Assembly: GCA_016183535.1 (NCBI GenBank)
Contig: JACPEK010000005.1
Span: 1-57,189 of the forward strand
DNA: 57,189 bases
Source: Candidatus Brennerbacteria bacterium
Lineage (GTDB): Bacteria; Patescibacteriota; Minisyncoccia; UBA6257; GWB1-50-10
Direction of reading: 5' to 3'
Shown one piece after another: positions 10,130 through 19,701 of the stretch. The notes below the pieces were generated by a model. It ran no database searches and was not told the DNA's origin. It saw only the letters and a program-made list of their open reading frames with translations. The number at the start of each line of letters is the position of its first letter. Position 1 is the stretch's first letter. The position numbers and the translations under genes are program-made.

Positions 10130-11167
10130 TTATAAATATTTGGCGCGATTCATATTGTGTTCTTCTAAGGTGCGCGAGAAAATAGTTTCCTTCGTGTCAC
10201 GCGCGGAAAGATAGTAGAGATAGGAGCTCGCCGCGGGTTCGGCCGCGGCCCGGAGCGAGTGCGCGCCCGGGCTCGCGATCGGGGTGGGGGGAAATCCCCG
10301 CCGCGCATAAGTGTTGTAGGGAGAATCGAGAGTGAGATCGCCGCGGGTGGCCACAATCTCCTCACACCCGCGATAGCCACCACCGCATTTCGCATAACTC
10401 ACGGTTGCATCCACCTGGAGCGGCATCCCAAGCTTGATTCGCTTTAACAGGACGCCGGCCACGAGCTGGCGGTCGGCGAAAGTCGCCACTTCACGCTCGA
10501 GTAACGACGCAAGAATAAGCGTCCGATACCAATCATCCTCACCCTCAATGAGCCGCATTCCCTTCCTCATAAAATTCTCAATCATCCGGCGCGCCACCGA
10601 TTCCGCGGAGACATCGAGCGTGAAATAATAGGTGTCCGGAAATAGTAACCCTTCAAGCGAGGGAGTCCCCGCGAGTTCCGGGAATTCAAGCGCGAACGCA
10701 CCCGGGCGAAGCGCGATGAGCGTACCGCTCCGTATCACCCCCTTTTCGCTCAACATGGCGTCGATATCTTTCAGCGAAGAACCTTCCGGTATCGTTACCA
10801 GCACATCGCCGTTCGCACCCGTCGTGAGGAGGCGTACAATTTCCGGAACGCTCATGGCGGGCGAGAGTTCATAAACGCCCGGCTGAAACTTTTGCGCACG
10901 CCCCACGAGAAGCGCGTATGCCTTGAAAATTGAAAGCGAGCGGATAAAGTTCCGGCGGGACAGGGCTCCCCCTATTTCGCGAAATCCCTCCCCTTTCACA
11001 ATGGTAAATTGCGCGACCGCTTCTTCACGAATATCCTCCGGCCCGCGCTCGGCCGCCGAAGGTTCCTCCCGCGAGAGATCCGCGGAGACCGGCTGGAGGC
11101 CGTAAAAAAAATACGCGGCGGTAAGGAGAAGAATCAGGCAGGCGCCGAGCGAAAAAAGAAAGCGCAA
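10130..11167 (-). CDS. mltG: endolytic murein transglycosylase MltG (YceG-like)
   Basis: N-terminal TM segment, LLFPDTYYF, ILASLLEREV, SPYNTY..GFPPTPIASPG. Start uncertain: TTG at 11167 gives no overlap, TTG at 11227 overlaps the upstream gene by 41 nt. Confidence 0.85.
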   Translation of the reverse strand: MRFLFSLGACLILLLTAAYFFYGLQPVSADLSREEPSAAERGPEDIREEAVAQFTIVKGEGFREIGGALSRRNFIRSLSIFKAYALLVGRAQKFQPGVYELSPAMSVPEIVRLLTTGANGDVLVTIPEGSSLKDIDAMLSEKGVIRSGTLIALRPGAFALEFPELAGTPSLEGLLFPDTYYFTLDVSAESVARRMIENFMRKGMRLIEGEDDWYRTLILASLLEREVATFADRQLVAGVLLKRIKLGMPLQVDATVSYAKCGGGYRGCEEIVATRGDLTLDSPYNTYARRGFPPTPIASPGAHSLRAAAEPAASSYLYYLSARDTKETIFSRTLEEHNMNRAKYL

Positions 11168-11186
11168 GCCGACTTTCCCTCCTTGT

Positions 11187-12272
11187 TCAGCTTGAGGATA
11201 CAACGTGAATATGTTGCATGATACCAATGAGCGCGGATGCGGTCAAGAGGCTCGATCCCCCGTAGCTAAAGAACGGGAAGGTAAGCCCCGTAACGGGCAG
11301 GAGGCCGACATTCGAGCCCGCGTTCACGAAAAACTGCGCGAGAAAGAGCGCCGCCGTTCCGATGGCAACAAAGCGAAAAAAATTATCGTTCGCGCGCGTA
11401 CCGATCGAAAGAATTCTCGCAATGAGCACGAGAAACGCAGCGAGAAGCACCGCGGCGCCCGCGATGCCCCACTCTTCCACGAACGCGGCAAAAAGAAAAT
11501 CGTTGTGCGCCGCGGGAAGAAACTGGAGACGCGCCTGCGTGCCTTCTCCGAATCCCTTACCCCACCATCCCGCCGAACCCACGGCGATTTTCGCCTGTAT
11601 CACGTTGTAGTTCACCCCAAGCGGATCGCGTTCCGGAAAAAGAAACCCCGTCACGCGCGCCTTTTGATACGGCGCGAGGGCAAAGGTCCATAAAAGCGCG
11701 AGAATGGTGGCCCCGAGCGCGGCGGCCGCGAGAAACCGCTTCAGATGGATACCGCTCGAAAGAAACATGCCGAGGGCGGCCGCGAGCACCATAAGCGCCG
11801 ACCCGAGATCCGGATGAAACATAATCATCATAACCGGCGCCCCCACCGAGAGCACAAGAAATAACACATTGGCCCCGCGCCACGCCTCAAGGTGGCGGCG
11901 CGCGAAAAAATGCGCCAGGAGCACGATGACGCCAAGCTTTGCAAGTTCGGCCGGCTCGAACTGAAAACCTCCGAATACGAGCCAGCTCCGCGTGCCGCGG
12001 ATCACCGCGCCTTGGAGGTAGGTGGCAAAAAGGAGCGCCAGTGAAACGCCGTAGATCCCGTATCGAAACCACCATTCGGCGGCAAGCCAGCGCCAGTCAA
12101 TCAACGCCCCCACCAGCACCGCGAGAAACGCAAGGCCATACCACACGAGTTGGCGCAGAAAGAAGGCGGGAGCGATGGACGCAAGCGTCACTCCGCTCGC
12201 CACGGCGATAACCGCGAGCGCTCCCATGAGTTTCCAATCGAGCAAGCGAAGCCGGCGAGCGATCGTCATCAT
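11187..12272 (-). CDS. FtsW/RodA/SpoVE (SEDS) family peptidoglycan glycosyltransferase
   Basis: 361 aa polytopic membrane protein. HNDFLFAAFVEEWG and PFFSYGGSS motifs. Confidence 0.9.
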   Translation of the reverse strand: MMTIARRLRLLDWKLMGALAVIAVASGVTLASIAPAFFLRQLVWYGLAFLAVLVGALIDWRWLAAEWWFRYGIYGVSLALLFATYLQGAVIRGTRSWLVFGGFQFEPAELAKLGVIVLLAHFFARRHLEAWRGANVLFLVLSVGAPVMMIMFHPDLGSALMVLAAALGMFLSSGIHLKRFLAAAALGATILALLWTFALAPYQKARVTGFLFPERDPLGVNYNVIQAKIAVGSAGWWGKGFGEGTQARLQFLPAAHNDFLFAAFVEEWGIAGAAVLLAAFLVLIARILSIGTRANDNFFRFVAIGTAALFLAQFFVNAGSNVGLLPVTGLTFPFFSYGGSSLLTASALIGIMQHIHVVSSS

Positions 12273-12970
12273 CGCGCTTCAAGAATAATTTCCGTTTTCT
12301 CAAACGCCGCGCGGCGCGCTATATCGGGATCCCGCGGAAATCGTATAAAGAACGGGCGCGCGGCGCTTCCCGGCGCCGAACCGATCGCGGTTTGCGCGGC
12401 GGCAAGCGAAAATCCGTTCACGTCTTTTAAAATCGCGACTACGCGGATATCGGAAGCCGCAACCGCTCCGCGGTTCCGCGCCGCGCCTTCCACGAACGGG
12501 CCGCGATCGTCCACGCGCCCCTCCACTCCTTCCACAGCAACCGAAGGACGAATGAGAAACGCCGCCGGTTCCCAAATTGGTTTGCTTGCCGCAAGCGCCG
12601 TCGTGGCGCCGTACGGCACGGGAATGAAAACGGTTTCAACGAGCACCGTCGTTTCTCCGGCGTGTGCGAAACCCGTCCGACGGGGAGCCTCGAATATCGT
12701 CGCTCCATTCTGTATGAAGCGGAACGAATACGAAAAAGACGCGACATGCCCGGGATTCGGATTGTGTATGCGCCCGAGAAATGTCACGCTTCCGTCCGCG
12801 GCGGTCATTATGGTAACCGCTCCGCGCATCTCGAGCGGGTGGATGCCTTCGGGAATCGACGGCATAATAGTCGTTCCGTTTCTGTCGCCCCCCAACAACT
12901 CTCCCACCACCAGTGCGATGAGCGCGAGATACAAAGCGCCGTAGATGAATTGTTTGGCGGAGCGGTTCAT
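12269..12970 (-). CDS. hypothetical membrane-anchored protein
   Basis: N-terminal TM helix FIYGALYLALIALVVG. 4-nt overlap with the SEDS gene. No known motif recognised. Confidence 0.5.
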   Translation of the reverse strand: MNRSAKQFIYGALYLALIALVVGELLGGDRNGTTIMPSIPEGIHPLEMRGAVTIMTAADGSVTFLGRIHNPNPGHVASFSYSFRFIQNGATIFEAPRRTGFAHAGETTVLVETVFIPVPYGATTALAASKPIWEPAAFLIRPSVAVEGVEGRVDDRGPFVEGAARNRGAVAASDIRVVAILKDVNGFSLAAAQTAIGSAPGSAARPFFIRFPRDPDIARRAAFEKTEIILEAR

Positions 12971-12987
12971 TGATAAAATGATAACTT

Positions 12988-13040
12988 GAGAGATTGAAAG
13001 ATTAAATTAAGGCATCCTTCAATTTTTCAATTCTTCAATG
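12988..13040. repeat. family-1 AT-rich hairpin repeat (TTGAAAGATT / AATCTTTCAA units)
   Basis: GAGAGATTGAAAGATTAAATTAAGGCATCCTTCAATTTTTCAATTCTTCAATG. Overlaps the last codons of tpiA. Confidence 0.7.
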
Positions 13041-13773
13041 AAGCGGCGGTGATTATTTTTCCAAAAGACGCCGCCTTCAGACTCGCCCTCCCCACGAGGA
13101 CGCCGTCGACGTCCTTCTCTTCGAGAAATGCTTCGGCGTTCCGGGAAGTGACAGAGCCGCCGTAGAGCACGCGAATAGTTTTTGGTTTGTAGTTCTTAGT
13201 TTTTAGCGATTTCTTGATAAATCGCGCCATTTCGGCGGTTTCCGCGGGCTCATCCGCTTTCCCTGTGCTTATAGCCCATACCGGCTCGTAGGCAATAATC
13301 AATCCTTCAATCTTTAATTTTTCAATACCCCGAAGGGCGGTGCGGAGTTGGCGCAGAACAAAACGCTTTGCCGCGGCGAGTCCTTTTTTGCGCACGTTCC
13401 ACGGTTCGCCGACGCAGAGAATCGGCGCAAGCTTTTCGGCAAAAACAGCCTCTATTTTCTTTCTTACCACCGCGTCCGTTTCACCTTCACCCGCCGGCGG
13501 ATACCGCCGCTCCGAGTGTCCGATGATCACATACCGCACGCCAAGCGATCGCAACATCGGCGGAGCCACCTGCCCCGTATAGGCGCCTTTTGCTTCATAA
13601 AAAACATCCTGCGCGCCGAGCGTGGATTTGTGGAGCGCGGCGCGGACCGCCTCGAGGAAAGGGAAAGGCGCGGCGACGATGACGTTCTCCGCGTCCTCCG
13701 CGCGCGCGAGGCGTACCGCCTCGCGCGCAGTCATCGGATTAAGTTTCCAGTTTGCAACGATAAGTTTTTGCAC
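13027..13773 (-). CDS. tpiA: triosephosphate isomerase
   Basis: IVANWKLN, IIGHSERR, AYEPVWAISTG, YGGSV. GTG start. Confidence 0.95.
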   Translation of the reverse strand: MQKLIVANWKLNPMTAREAVRLARAEDAENVIVAAPFPFLEAVRAALHKSTLGAQDVFYEAKGAYTGQVAPPMLRSLGVRYVIIGHSERRYPPAGEGETDAVVRKKIEAVFAEKLAPILCVGEPWNVRKKGLAAAKRFVLRQLRTALRGIEKLKIEGLIIAYEPVWAISTGKADEPAETAEMARFIKKSLKTKNYKPKTIRVLYGGSVTSRNAEAFLEEKDVDGVLVGRASLKAASFGKIITAASLKN

Positions 13774-13846
13774 AGTGTTCGATGATCAATCTGCGATTTT
13801 CAACGTTTCGATTTTAAAATCGATTCAATGGTGAATTGATAATTCT

Positions 13847-16225
13847 CTAATTGCGGAGTCGCTCCCTAATCTCCCGTTCCACCTCTTCCCTTGGTTTGCC
13901 GTACCGGACGCGCGAGAGTTCTTTAATAAGCGCGGCGCGCGATCCGTCGCCGCGCGCGAACGGCACGAGCGCGACCGAGAATGGCGGCGCGGTCTCTCCA
14001 CCCACCAAGAGCTTCATGGCGCCCCGGAAATTGTCCAGATTTGTGAGATCATCCTGTGCGAACACCCCGCCGAGCTGTTTCGTCAAAAGTTCCGCGTCCG
14101 GCGCGCCGACACGGAACACCAAAGACGATCCCACGTTCCCGAACACCGCATCGCGTATTTTTTCCGTCAACTGCCCCACGAACTGATGCGCGATTGTGAG
14201 ATTCAATCGGTACTTCCGCGCTTCGGAGAGAATAGTCGCGATAGAGTCGGTAGTAAAATTTTGGAATTCGTCTATGGAGAGGTAGAAGTCGCGGCGGGAC
14301 GCTTCCGAAACGTCGCCGCGGCTCAAAGCCGCCATGAGAAGTTTTCCCACCACAATCATACCGAGAAGATGCGCATTCAAGTCGCCTATCTTCCCTTTGT
14401 TGAGATTTACCAGAAGAATCTTTCCCTCATCCATGAGCGCGCGAAAATTGAACGCCGAACGGGTTTGGCCGATGATGAGCCGCATATAATCGTTCGTGGT
14501 GAACGCGGAAAATTTCGAGGTAATGTAAGGTGTCATGTTCGCCAAGGCCGCCTCGCCGCCCGCTTTGATCGCTTCTTTTTCCCAAAAATCCTGCACGGTG
14601 GGGTTCGTGATGCGCACGAGCTTCCGCGCGCGGAACGCCGCGTCAGTGAACACCCGCGGCACCTCCATAAGCGTGGCGGGTTCCACCGCGCTGTCTTCCA
14701 TGAGGAGGAGGAGCGCGTTTCGCATATACTGTTCGAACATCGGACCGCCCGTAACCTTGAGGTCATAGAGTTTTTCGAAAATCCCGAGAAGTTCATTCAC
14801 AATGAATGTTTTCTGTTCGGGCCGCGCGGGATCGTACTCGATCATATTGAGTCCCAAGGGAAGATCGAGATCGGATGGATCGAATACCACCACATCGTTC
14901 GCCCGCTCCGACGGCACGAAACCAAGAAGCCGCTCCACAAGGTCGCCGTGCGGATCAATAACGGCGATACCCTTTCCCTCCGCCATATCTTGCGCCGCAA
15001 GCGAGGTGATGAGCGTGCTCTTCCCCGTCCCCGTCTGTCCCACGAGGTAGAGATGGCGGCGGCGATCTTCCTCGGCGAGCCGCACCGGCCGTCGTTCGCC
15101 GCGATACACGCTTTCTCCGATAAGCACGCCACGCGCGGGAAGCTTTGCGGGAGGAGGCGCCTCGCGACTTTTCACCGCCTTGAGCCGTGGGAGCGCGATA
15201 TGCGGGGCGGGAAAATGAAATACACTCGCAAGTTCTTCCGCGTTCAAAACCATCGCATCATCGGGCGTGAATTCCCTGAACGAGAATTGACGCACCAGCC
15301 GATCCGCATTCCTGGGACGAGTCAATTTGAACGCGTTTCGCTCCGGCGCTTCGAACTGCGCGAACCCCGCGGTAATCTCCGACAAGAGCTCTTCCGCCCG
15401 GCGAGGAGTGGGCGCCGAAGCCACCGCCCGGATATTCACCTCAAAGAGCGGTTTTGCGAGTTTGCCAGAAAGGAGAGTTTCCGCCCGATCATCTTTGCGT
15501 TCGCCTTTCTCTTCGGAAGAACGAGGGGGGGCTATGGCATGTTTCAGATCGGAAAATGCGGCGCGCTTCTCATCAAGGAGATGCTTCCACGGCGTTCCCT
15601 TCTGAAGCGCCTTCATCCCGTAAATAAGTTCGCGCTTCGCGGATTTCGGGGCGGGCCTCACGAGATACTGAAGCGCGCAACCTTCCCCCACCGCGTTCAC
15701 CTTCACGAGACCTCCGAGGACGGGGAGAAACGAATCCGCTTCAAGTTCACGATATGTGCGGATAGGAAGTAAAAATCGAGCCGATTCGCGCACCACCGCC
15801 GCCGCCACCGCGCCGCCGTAATGGAACACGTTGTAATCGTCGGCCGGATCAACGCGCGCGTCGGGCCATAGAGATTGTGCCCCCCGCACGAACGGCTCCG
15901 CCATGTGGCGAGGCACTCCGACATAAAAATGGATTTCTTCTCCGACGTAGGGTACGGCCACCTCGAACGCGAACGGTTCCCCCGCCGCAGAAAGCATGGA
16001 GAAAAGTCTCTCTGAACGCGCAATGATTTCCATAATTTCTCCCGCGCCCCCGCCGCCGGACGCCGTGGTCCCTTTTTCGTCCGCGCCACGCGGCAATTGC
16101 ACGAGAAAAAGCTTCATCCGGAGACTCTCCCTCATGCGGCGCCGCGCGACCCCGCGCGTCCAAAAGAAAAAACCGACCCCCACGCCGATGAGCGCGAAGA
16201 AGAAGATAATCGTAAAAGCGGACAT
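13847..16225 (-). CDS. TraD/TraG/VirD4-like (T4SS coupling-protein-like, DUF87/HerA-type) P-loop ATPase
   Basis: 792 aa. N-terminal TM helix, Walker A GQTGTGKST, Walker B-like YLSIDEFQNF, AHQFVGQL. Confidence 0.75.
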   Translation of the reverse strand: MSAFTIIFFFALIGVGVGFFFWTRGVARRRMRESLRMKLFLVQLPRGADEKGTTASGGGGAGEIMEIIARSERLFSMLSAAGEPFAFEVAVPYVGEEIHFYVGVPRHMAEPFVRGAQSLWPDARVDPADDYNVFHYGGAVAAAVVRESARFLLPIRTYRELEADSFLPVLGGLVKVNAVGEGCALQYLVRPAPKSAKRELIYGMKALQKGTPWKHLLDEKRAAFSDLKHAIAPPRSSEEKGERKDDRAETLLSGKLAKPLFEVNIRAVASAPTPRRAEELLSEITAGFAQFEAPERNAFKLTRPRNADRLVRQFSFREFTPDDAMVLNAEELASVFHFPAPHIALPRLKAVKSREAPPPAKLPARGVLIGESVYRGERRPVRLAEEDRRRHLYLVGQTGTGKSTLITSLAAQDMAEGKGIAVIDPHGDLVERLLGFVPSERANDVVVFDPSDLDLPLGLNMIEYDPARPEQKTFIVNELLGIFEKLYDLKVTGGPMFEQYMRNALLLLMEDSAVEPATLMEVPRVFTDAAFRARKLVRITNPTVQDFWEKEAIKAGGEAALANMTPYITSKFSAFTTNDYMRLIIGQTRSAFNFRALMDEGKILLVNLNKGKIGDLNAHLLGMIVVGKLLMAALSRGDVSEASRRDFYLSIDEFQNFTTDSIATILSEARKYRLNLTIAHQFVGQLTEKIRDAVFGNVGSSLVFRVGAPDAELLTKQLGGVFAQDDLTNLDNFRGAMKLLVGGETAPPFSVALVPFARGDGSRAALIKELSRVRYGKPREEVEREIRERLRN

Positions 16226-16231
16226 GGGATA

Positions 16232-16297
16232 GAATTGAAAGATTAAATGATTGAAAGATTCGTTATGGTAATTCTTTAATCATTCAATTTTTCAATT
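16232..16297. repeat. family-1 hairpin repeat
   Basis: GAATTGAAAGATTAAATGATTGAAAGATT...AATTCTTTAATCATTCAATTTTTCAATT inverted arms. Confidence 0.75.
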
Positions 16298-16706
16298 ATT
16301 TTACTATTCCTCTCCTTTCGAGCTCCGGCATTAATTTATCCACAAGCGCATCGTGAAACGCATCAAGCACGAAGGGCGGGTGTTTCGCCGCGGCCGCAAC
16401 CGCAGGCGCGATACCCTCATCGAGCGCGAGCGAAACCAAACGCTCCACTTCCATTCTCACTTCGGGCGATTCTCCGGAGAGATAAGAGGGAAGGCGATTG
16501 TTGTTTTCTTTTTCTGAAACTCCCGCCTTCGTTGAAGTTCCAGCGGGCGCGTCGGCGGGCAAGGGTAGCACCGCGGCGACAATGGACGCTCTCACCACCT
16601 CTCGCGCGGGCACTTCGGGCGCATGTTCCCGCCGCACCGCGATCTCGGCAGTCACCCGTTCCAAATCTTTCTCGAGCTTTTCGTGAAAGTTTTTTACATT
16701 GGGCAT
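16296..16706 (-). CDS. hypothetical protein (136 aa)
   Basis: ORF in the pilus-like operon, bounded on both sides by hairpin repeats. No motif recognised. Confidence 0.45.
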   Translation of the reverse strand: MPNVKNFHEKLEKDLERVTAEIAVRREHAPEVPAREVVRASIVAAVLPLPADAPAGTSTKAGVSEKENNNRLPSYLSGESPEVRMEVERLVSLALDEGIAPAVAAAAKHPPFVLDAFHDALVDKLMPELERRGIVK

Positions 16707-16733
16707 AGATACAGTATAAACCTATAGAGATAG

Positions 16734-16805
16734 CATTGAAAATTGAAGGATTGAAAGATTTTCTATTCTAATTCTTCAATCCTTCAATTTTTCAATCTTT
16801 CAATA
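16734..16805. repeat. family-1 hairpin repeat
   Basis: CATTGAAAATTGAAGGATTGAAAGATT...AATTCTTCAATCCTTCAATTTTTCAATCTTTCAAT. Confidence 0.75.
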
Positions 16806-18131
16806 CTACTGTTGCGAGAGATTCTGTATCTGTATCGTGCCGCCGGTCGTCGAGGCGTTCGTGGAGCTCGCGAACTTGCTCGTGGGTTCCGCCACCGCGC
16901 CTTCACTCGCGGCTCCCCCCGACCAGTCGGTCTGTCGAAACACCGCGTTGCGCGAACGCGTGAGAATCACGGGAAGTGTGATTTCGCCCGTTCCCGCACC
17001 CGCCACCCACCGTACGTAGGCCGTCGCCCATTGCGTGGAACCGTCTTCCAACGTGCCGCCACAGGGCGCCGTCGAAGCGATGGTGCTCGACGCGTCATTC
17101 GTGCGACACGCGTTCTCGACAGTGAAAAAACGCTCGTACGCACCGCTGTGAGAGAGTTGGCGCACCTCTTCCGACGAAAGAGCGCGATTGTAAAAACGGA
17201 CATCGTCGAGCGTACCGTCAAAATATTCCTTTCCTCCGATCGCTCCGGCGATTTTTATGTCGTTCGTATTGGAAACGACGATGCCGCTCGAATCCGTGTG
17301 CTCCTCTGCGCCGTCCACATACAGCGTGGCGGAGCTCCCTGTGTACACCACGACCGCGTGATACCGCGTTCCCGCGGCGATAGTGGAGGTCGAGGTCAGT
17401 GAAATCGTGCCTCCGCTCTCGGTCGACCAGAACTTCAATTTCTGCGGATCAGACTCGCCGATTCCAAACCGGAACCCGCTCGCCGCATATGTCTCGTTCG
17501 ATGCGAGCGATCGCAAGGTGGAGGTACCGACTGCGTCCGCGTTGAACCATAAAGAAAGGGAAAATGCCGCGTTCCCCGCCGGCACTACCTCGCTCGAGCC
17601 GTTCGAGATTGTCATAACATCATTCACACCGTCGAAATTGAGGCAGTTGCCGATCATGCAGGTCGAGGTGGCGCGCGAGGGGCCGTTCAGGGTAGCGTGC
17701 CGCCCGTTTCCGGTCGCGTCATAAGCCGTCGTGGAGGTGGACGTTTCAACCTCGTCAAACCCCCAACGACCCGTGAGCCCGTCCGGCACCTCCCCGTCGA
17801 ATACCCCTTCTTCTCCCTCCACCACAAAGAAGGTGGTTCCCGACGCGTTTAGAAAATAGTGTGTGCTGGTCGCTTTCGTGAGACGGTACACGCCATCCCA
17901 GCTTCCCGCCGCGAATGCGCGCACATTGTCGGAGAGCGCCTGCGCGAAATGGGATGCAAATTGTGATCTCTCGGAGGTGAGATTCGTGCGGAGCATGGTC
18001 GTCACCGCGAACGCCGCGGTGCCCATCAGGATGGCACCGATGGCGAGACCAATAACGACTTCCACTAATGACTGCCCGCTCCGCGGATGAGGCGATTGAA
18101 GGAATGAAAGATTGAAGGATTCCTTTTTCAC
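16806..18131 (-). CDS. type IV pilin-like protein with LamG/concanavalin-A-like lectin domain
   Basis: Prepilin-type N-terminus RSG|QSLVEVVIGLAIGAIL. LamG-type C-terminal motif GTLDDVRFYNRALSSEEV. GTG start. Confidence 0.75.
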   Translation of the reverse strand: MKKESFNLSFLQSPHPRSGQSLVEVVIGLAIGAILMGTAAFAVTTMLRTNLTSERSQFASHFAQALSDNVRAFAAGSWDGVYRLTKATSTHYFLNASGTTFFVVEGEEGVFDGEVPDGLTGRWGFDEVETSTSTTAYDATGNGRHATLNGPSRATSTCMIGNCLNFDGVNDVMTISNGSSEVVPAGNAAFSLSLWFNADAVGTSTLRSLASNETYAASGFRFGIGESDPQKLKFWSTESGGTISLTSTSTIAAGTRYHAVVVYTGSSATLYVDGAEEHTDSSGIVVSNTNDIKIAGAIGGKEYFDGTLDDVRFYNRALSSEEVRQLSHSGAYERFFTVENACRTNDASSTIASTAPCGGTLEDGSTQWATAYVRWVAGAGTGEITLPVILTRSRNAVFRQTDWSGGAASEGAVAEPTSKFASSTNASTTGGTIQIQNLSQQ

Positions 18132-18168
18132 AATTTTTCAATTATTTAATATTTCAATTCTTCAATTT
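18094..18168. repeat. family-1 hairpin repeat (left arm is inside the pilin start region)
   Basis: GATTGAAGGAATGAAAGATTGAAGGATTCC...CAATTTTTCAATTATTTAATATTTCAATTCTTCAATTT. Confidence 0.7.
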
Positions 18169-18169
18169 A

Positions 18170-19321
18170 TTACTTAAGGTCATTATAGAGCGCCTCTACC
18201 TCGCTCGCGGTGAGAACGCGGTTCCAGATATGGACCTCGTCTATTTTTCCGTTAAGGTAATATCCCCCGCCGTATTTTCCGAGATAATTTGTCTGCCCGC
18301 GATGATCGGCGCCGGCGTTCGACCAGGTGAGCGTCGAAGATGCGTCGAGAGCTCCGTTTATATAGAGTCGGCTCCCGGACGCGTCCCACGTCGCGGCAAC
18401 GAAATACCAGGCATTGAGCGAGAGTGCGGACGCGGAATCATAGGAGCGGGCGGCGCCGTCGTAATAGTAATACCGCAGGCGGTTGTCGCTTAACACCTGG
18501 AACGCGAGGTATACGTTGTCGTTCGAGATGAAGGTGGTGTTCTGCCAAGGCTGTCCGCCGTTTGCGACGCCGTTTGCACCGAGCCTCATCCACATACCGA
18601 CGGAACCCTGGGACAGCTCGTCGAGCGCCGAGGTTCCCAGGTCAAGGTAATCGTCCGTGCCGTCGAAGCTCACGCATCCTCCCGCCTTACAATTCGAACC
18701 CGACTGCCATGTGGGGCCGCCCGTGAGCGTACCGTTCCGGCCGTTTCCAGAAGCGTCGTAGGCGGAGGTTCCCGTCCCTTCGTCGAGATGCCAGTAACCC
18801 GCGAGACTCTTGTCGGTCCGGGCGGTGATTGCCCCCACCGTGCGGAGCACAAGATCGCCAACCAAGCCGTCCACGCTCCCCACGAGAGTAAGCACTTTGT
18901 TTGCGGAGAGCGCGCCCGAGAGGGGCGCGAATGACGCATCGTAGGTGCTCGAAGCCGAAGGATTCCCAAACCCCACGGGAGTTCGGAGTGAATAGGTGCG
19001 CACCACACCGCTCGTGGCATACGAAGCGCCCTTGAATACGGAATAGGAGGAAACACCCGAGGTCGCGTTCGTGAAACGCACGCCCCAGCGATTTCCCTCC
19101 TCTTGCGCCACCGAGCGACGTTTCGCGTTCTCGACGGCCGCGCGAAGTTCGTCGAGTCCTCCCTCAAGCGCCTGCTTGTTCCGATACTGCGCGAGTCCGA
19201 GGAAACCGCCGACCGAAACCGCGATGACAATGGCGGTAACGACGAGGGTTTCTATAAGCGTGAACGCGCTCCGCGCGTCACGCAATTGAAGGATTGAAGG
19301 ATTGAAGGATTTTTTATTCAT
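18170..19321 (-). CDS. type IV pilin-like protein with LamG/concanavalin-A-like lectin domain
   Basis: SA|FTLIETLVVTAIVIAV prepilin motif. GKIDEVHIWNRVLTASEV LamG motif. Confidence 0.8.
   Translation of the reverse strand: MNKKSFNPSILQLRDARSAFTLIETLVVTAIVIAVSVGGFLGLAQYRNKQALEGGLDELRAAVENAKRRSVAQEEGNRWGVRFTNATSGVSSYSVFKGASYATSGVVRTYSLRTPVGFGNPSASSTYDASFAPLSGALSANKVLTLVGSVDGLVGDLVLRTVGAITARTDKSLAGYWHLDEGTGTSAYDASGNGRNGTLTGGPTWQSGSNCKAGGCVSFDGTDDYLDLGTSALDELSQGSVGMWMRLGANGVANGGQPWQNTTFISNDNVYLAFQVLSDNRLRYYYYDGAARSYDSASALSLNAWYFVAATWDASGSRLYINGALDASSTLTWSNAGADHRGQTNYLGKYGGGYYLNGKIDEVHIWNRVLTASEVEALYNDLK
19284..19310. repeat. family-1 repeat, three tandem ATTGAAGG units (inside the pilin N-terminal codons)
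   Basis: AATTGAAGGATTGAAGGATTGAAGGAT. Confidence 0.75.
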
Positions 19322-19701
19322 TTATGTTTATGCCGTTCTTTAGTAAATGGGGATTGTCGCAGATAACTCGCAAACATACTGATACCCTTTGAAACTTTTT
19401 CACATTGTTTGAAACATTCTTTGAAATCCTCATTACTTATCATGCTCGCATCCAGTGCTACATAAAGTTGTGCTCGGAGTTCCCCAATGGATCCTTTTGC
19501 GATATACAAAAACTGGAGAAGTTCTTTATTGGAACCGCGTTCAAAACCTTCCGCGATGTTCGAAACGCCAGAAACCGCCGCACGCCTCATCTGATCTCTC
19601 AATGAAAAATCCTTCATTGAGAGGGTAATTTTGTATAGTATCTGAGAAAGTGCGCGAGCGTCTTTCCATATCGGTAAATCTTCAAACCGTTCTATTTTCA
19701 T
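19318..19701 (-). CDS. four-helix-bundle protein (23S rRNA intervening-sequence protein family, TIGR02436-like)
   Basis: FEDLPIWKDARAL...VSNIAEGFERGSNKELLQFLYIAKGSIGELRAQL. AT-rich. ATGA overlap with the downstream pilin gene. Confidence 0.85.
   Translation of the reverse strand: MKIERFEDLPIWKDARALSQILYKITLSMKDFSLRDQMRRAAVSGVSNIAEGFERGSNKELLQFLYIAKGSIGELRAQLYVALDASMISNEDFKECFKQCEKVSKGISMFASYLRQSPFTKERHKHK

Noticed and set aside
11167-11190. AAGGAGG located 10 nt upstream of a possible TTG start of mltG; considered as evidence that the host does use SD sites.
   Set aside because: It lies within the coding end of the upstream SEDS gene and is an isolated case. It is kept only as a caveat to the no-SD observation.
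14186-15772. Very long ORFs antisense to recognised genes. Examples: 14186..15772(+), 51746..53368(-), 45999..47195(+), 47455..48723(+), 26424..27086(-), 36134..36934(-), 1225..1869(+), and many ORFs of 60-230 aa inside rpoB and rpoC.
   Set aside because: The opposite strand encodes proteins with clear family motifs. The antisense translations are Arg/Gly/Pro-rich low-complexity sequences typical of GC-rich DNA with few stop codons.
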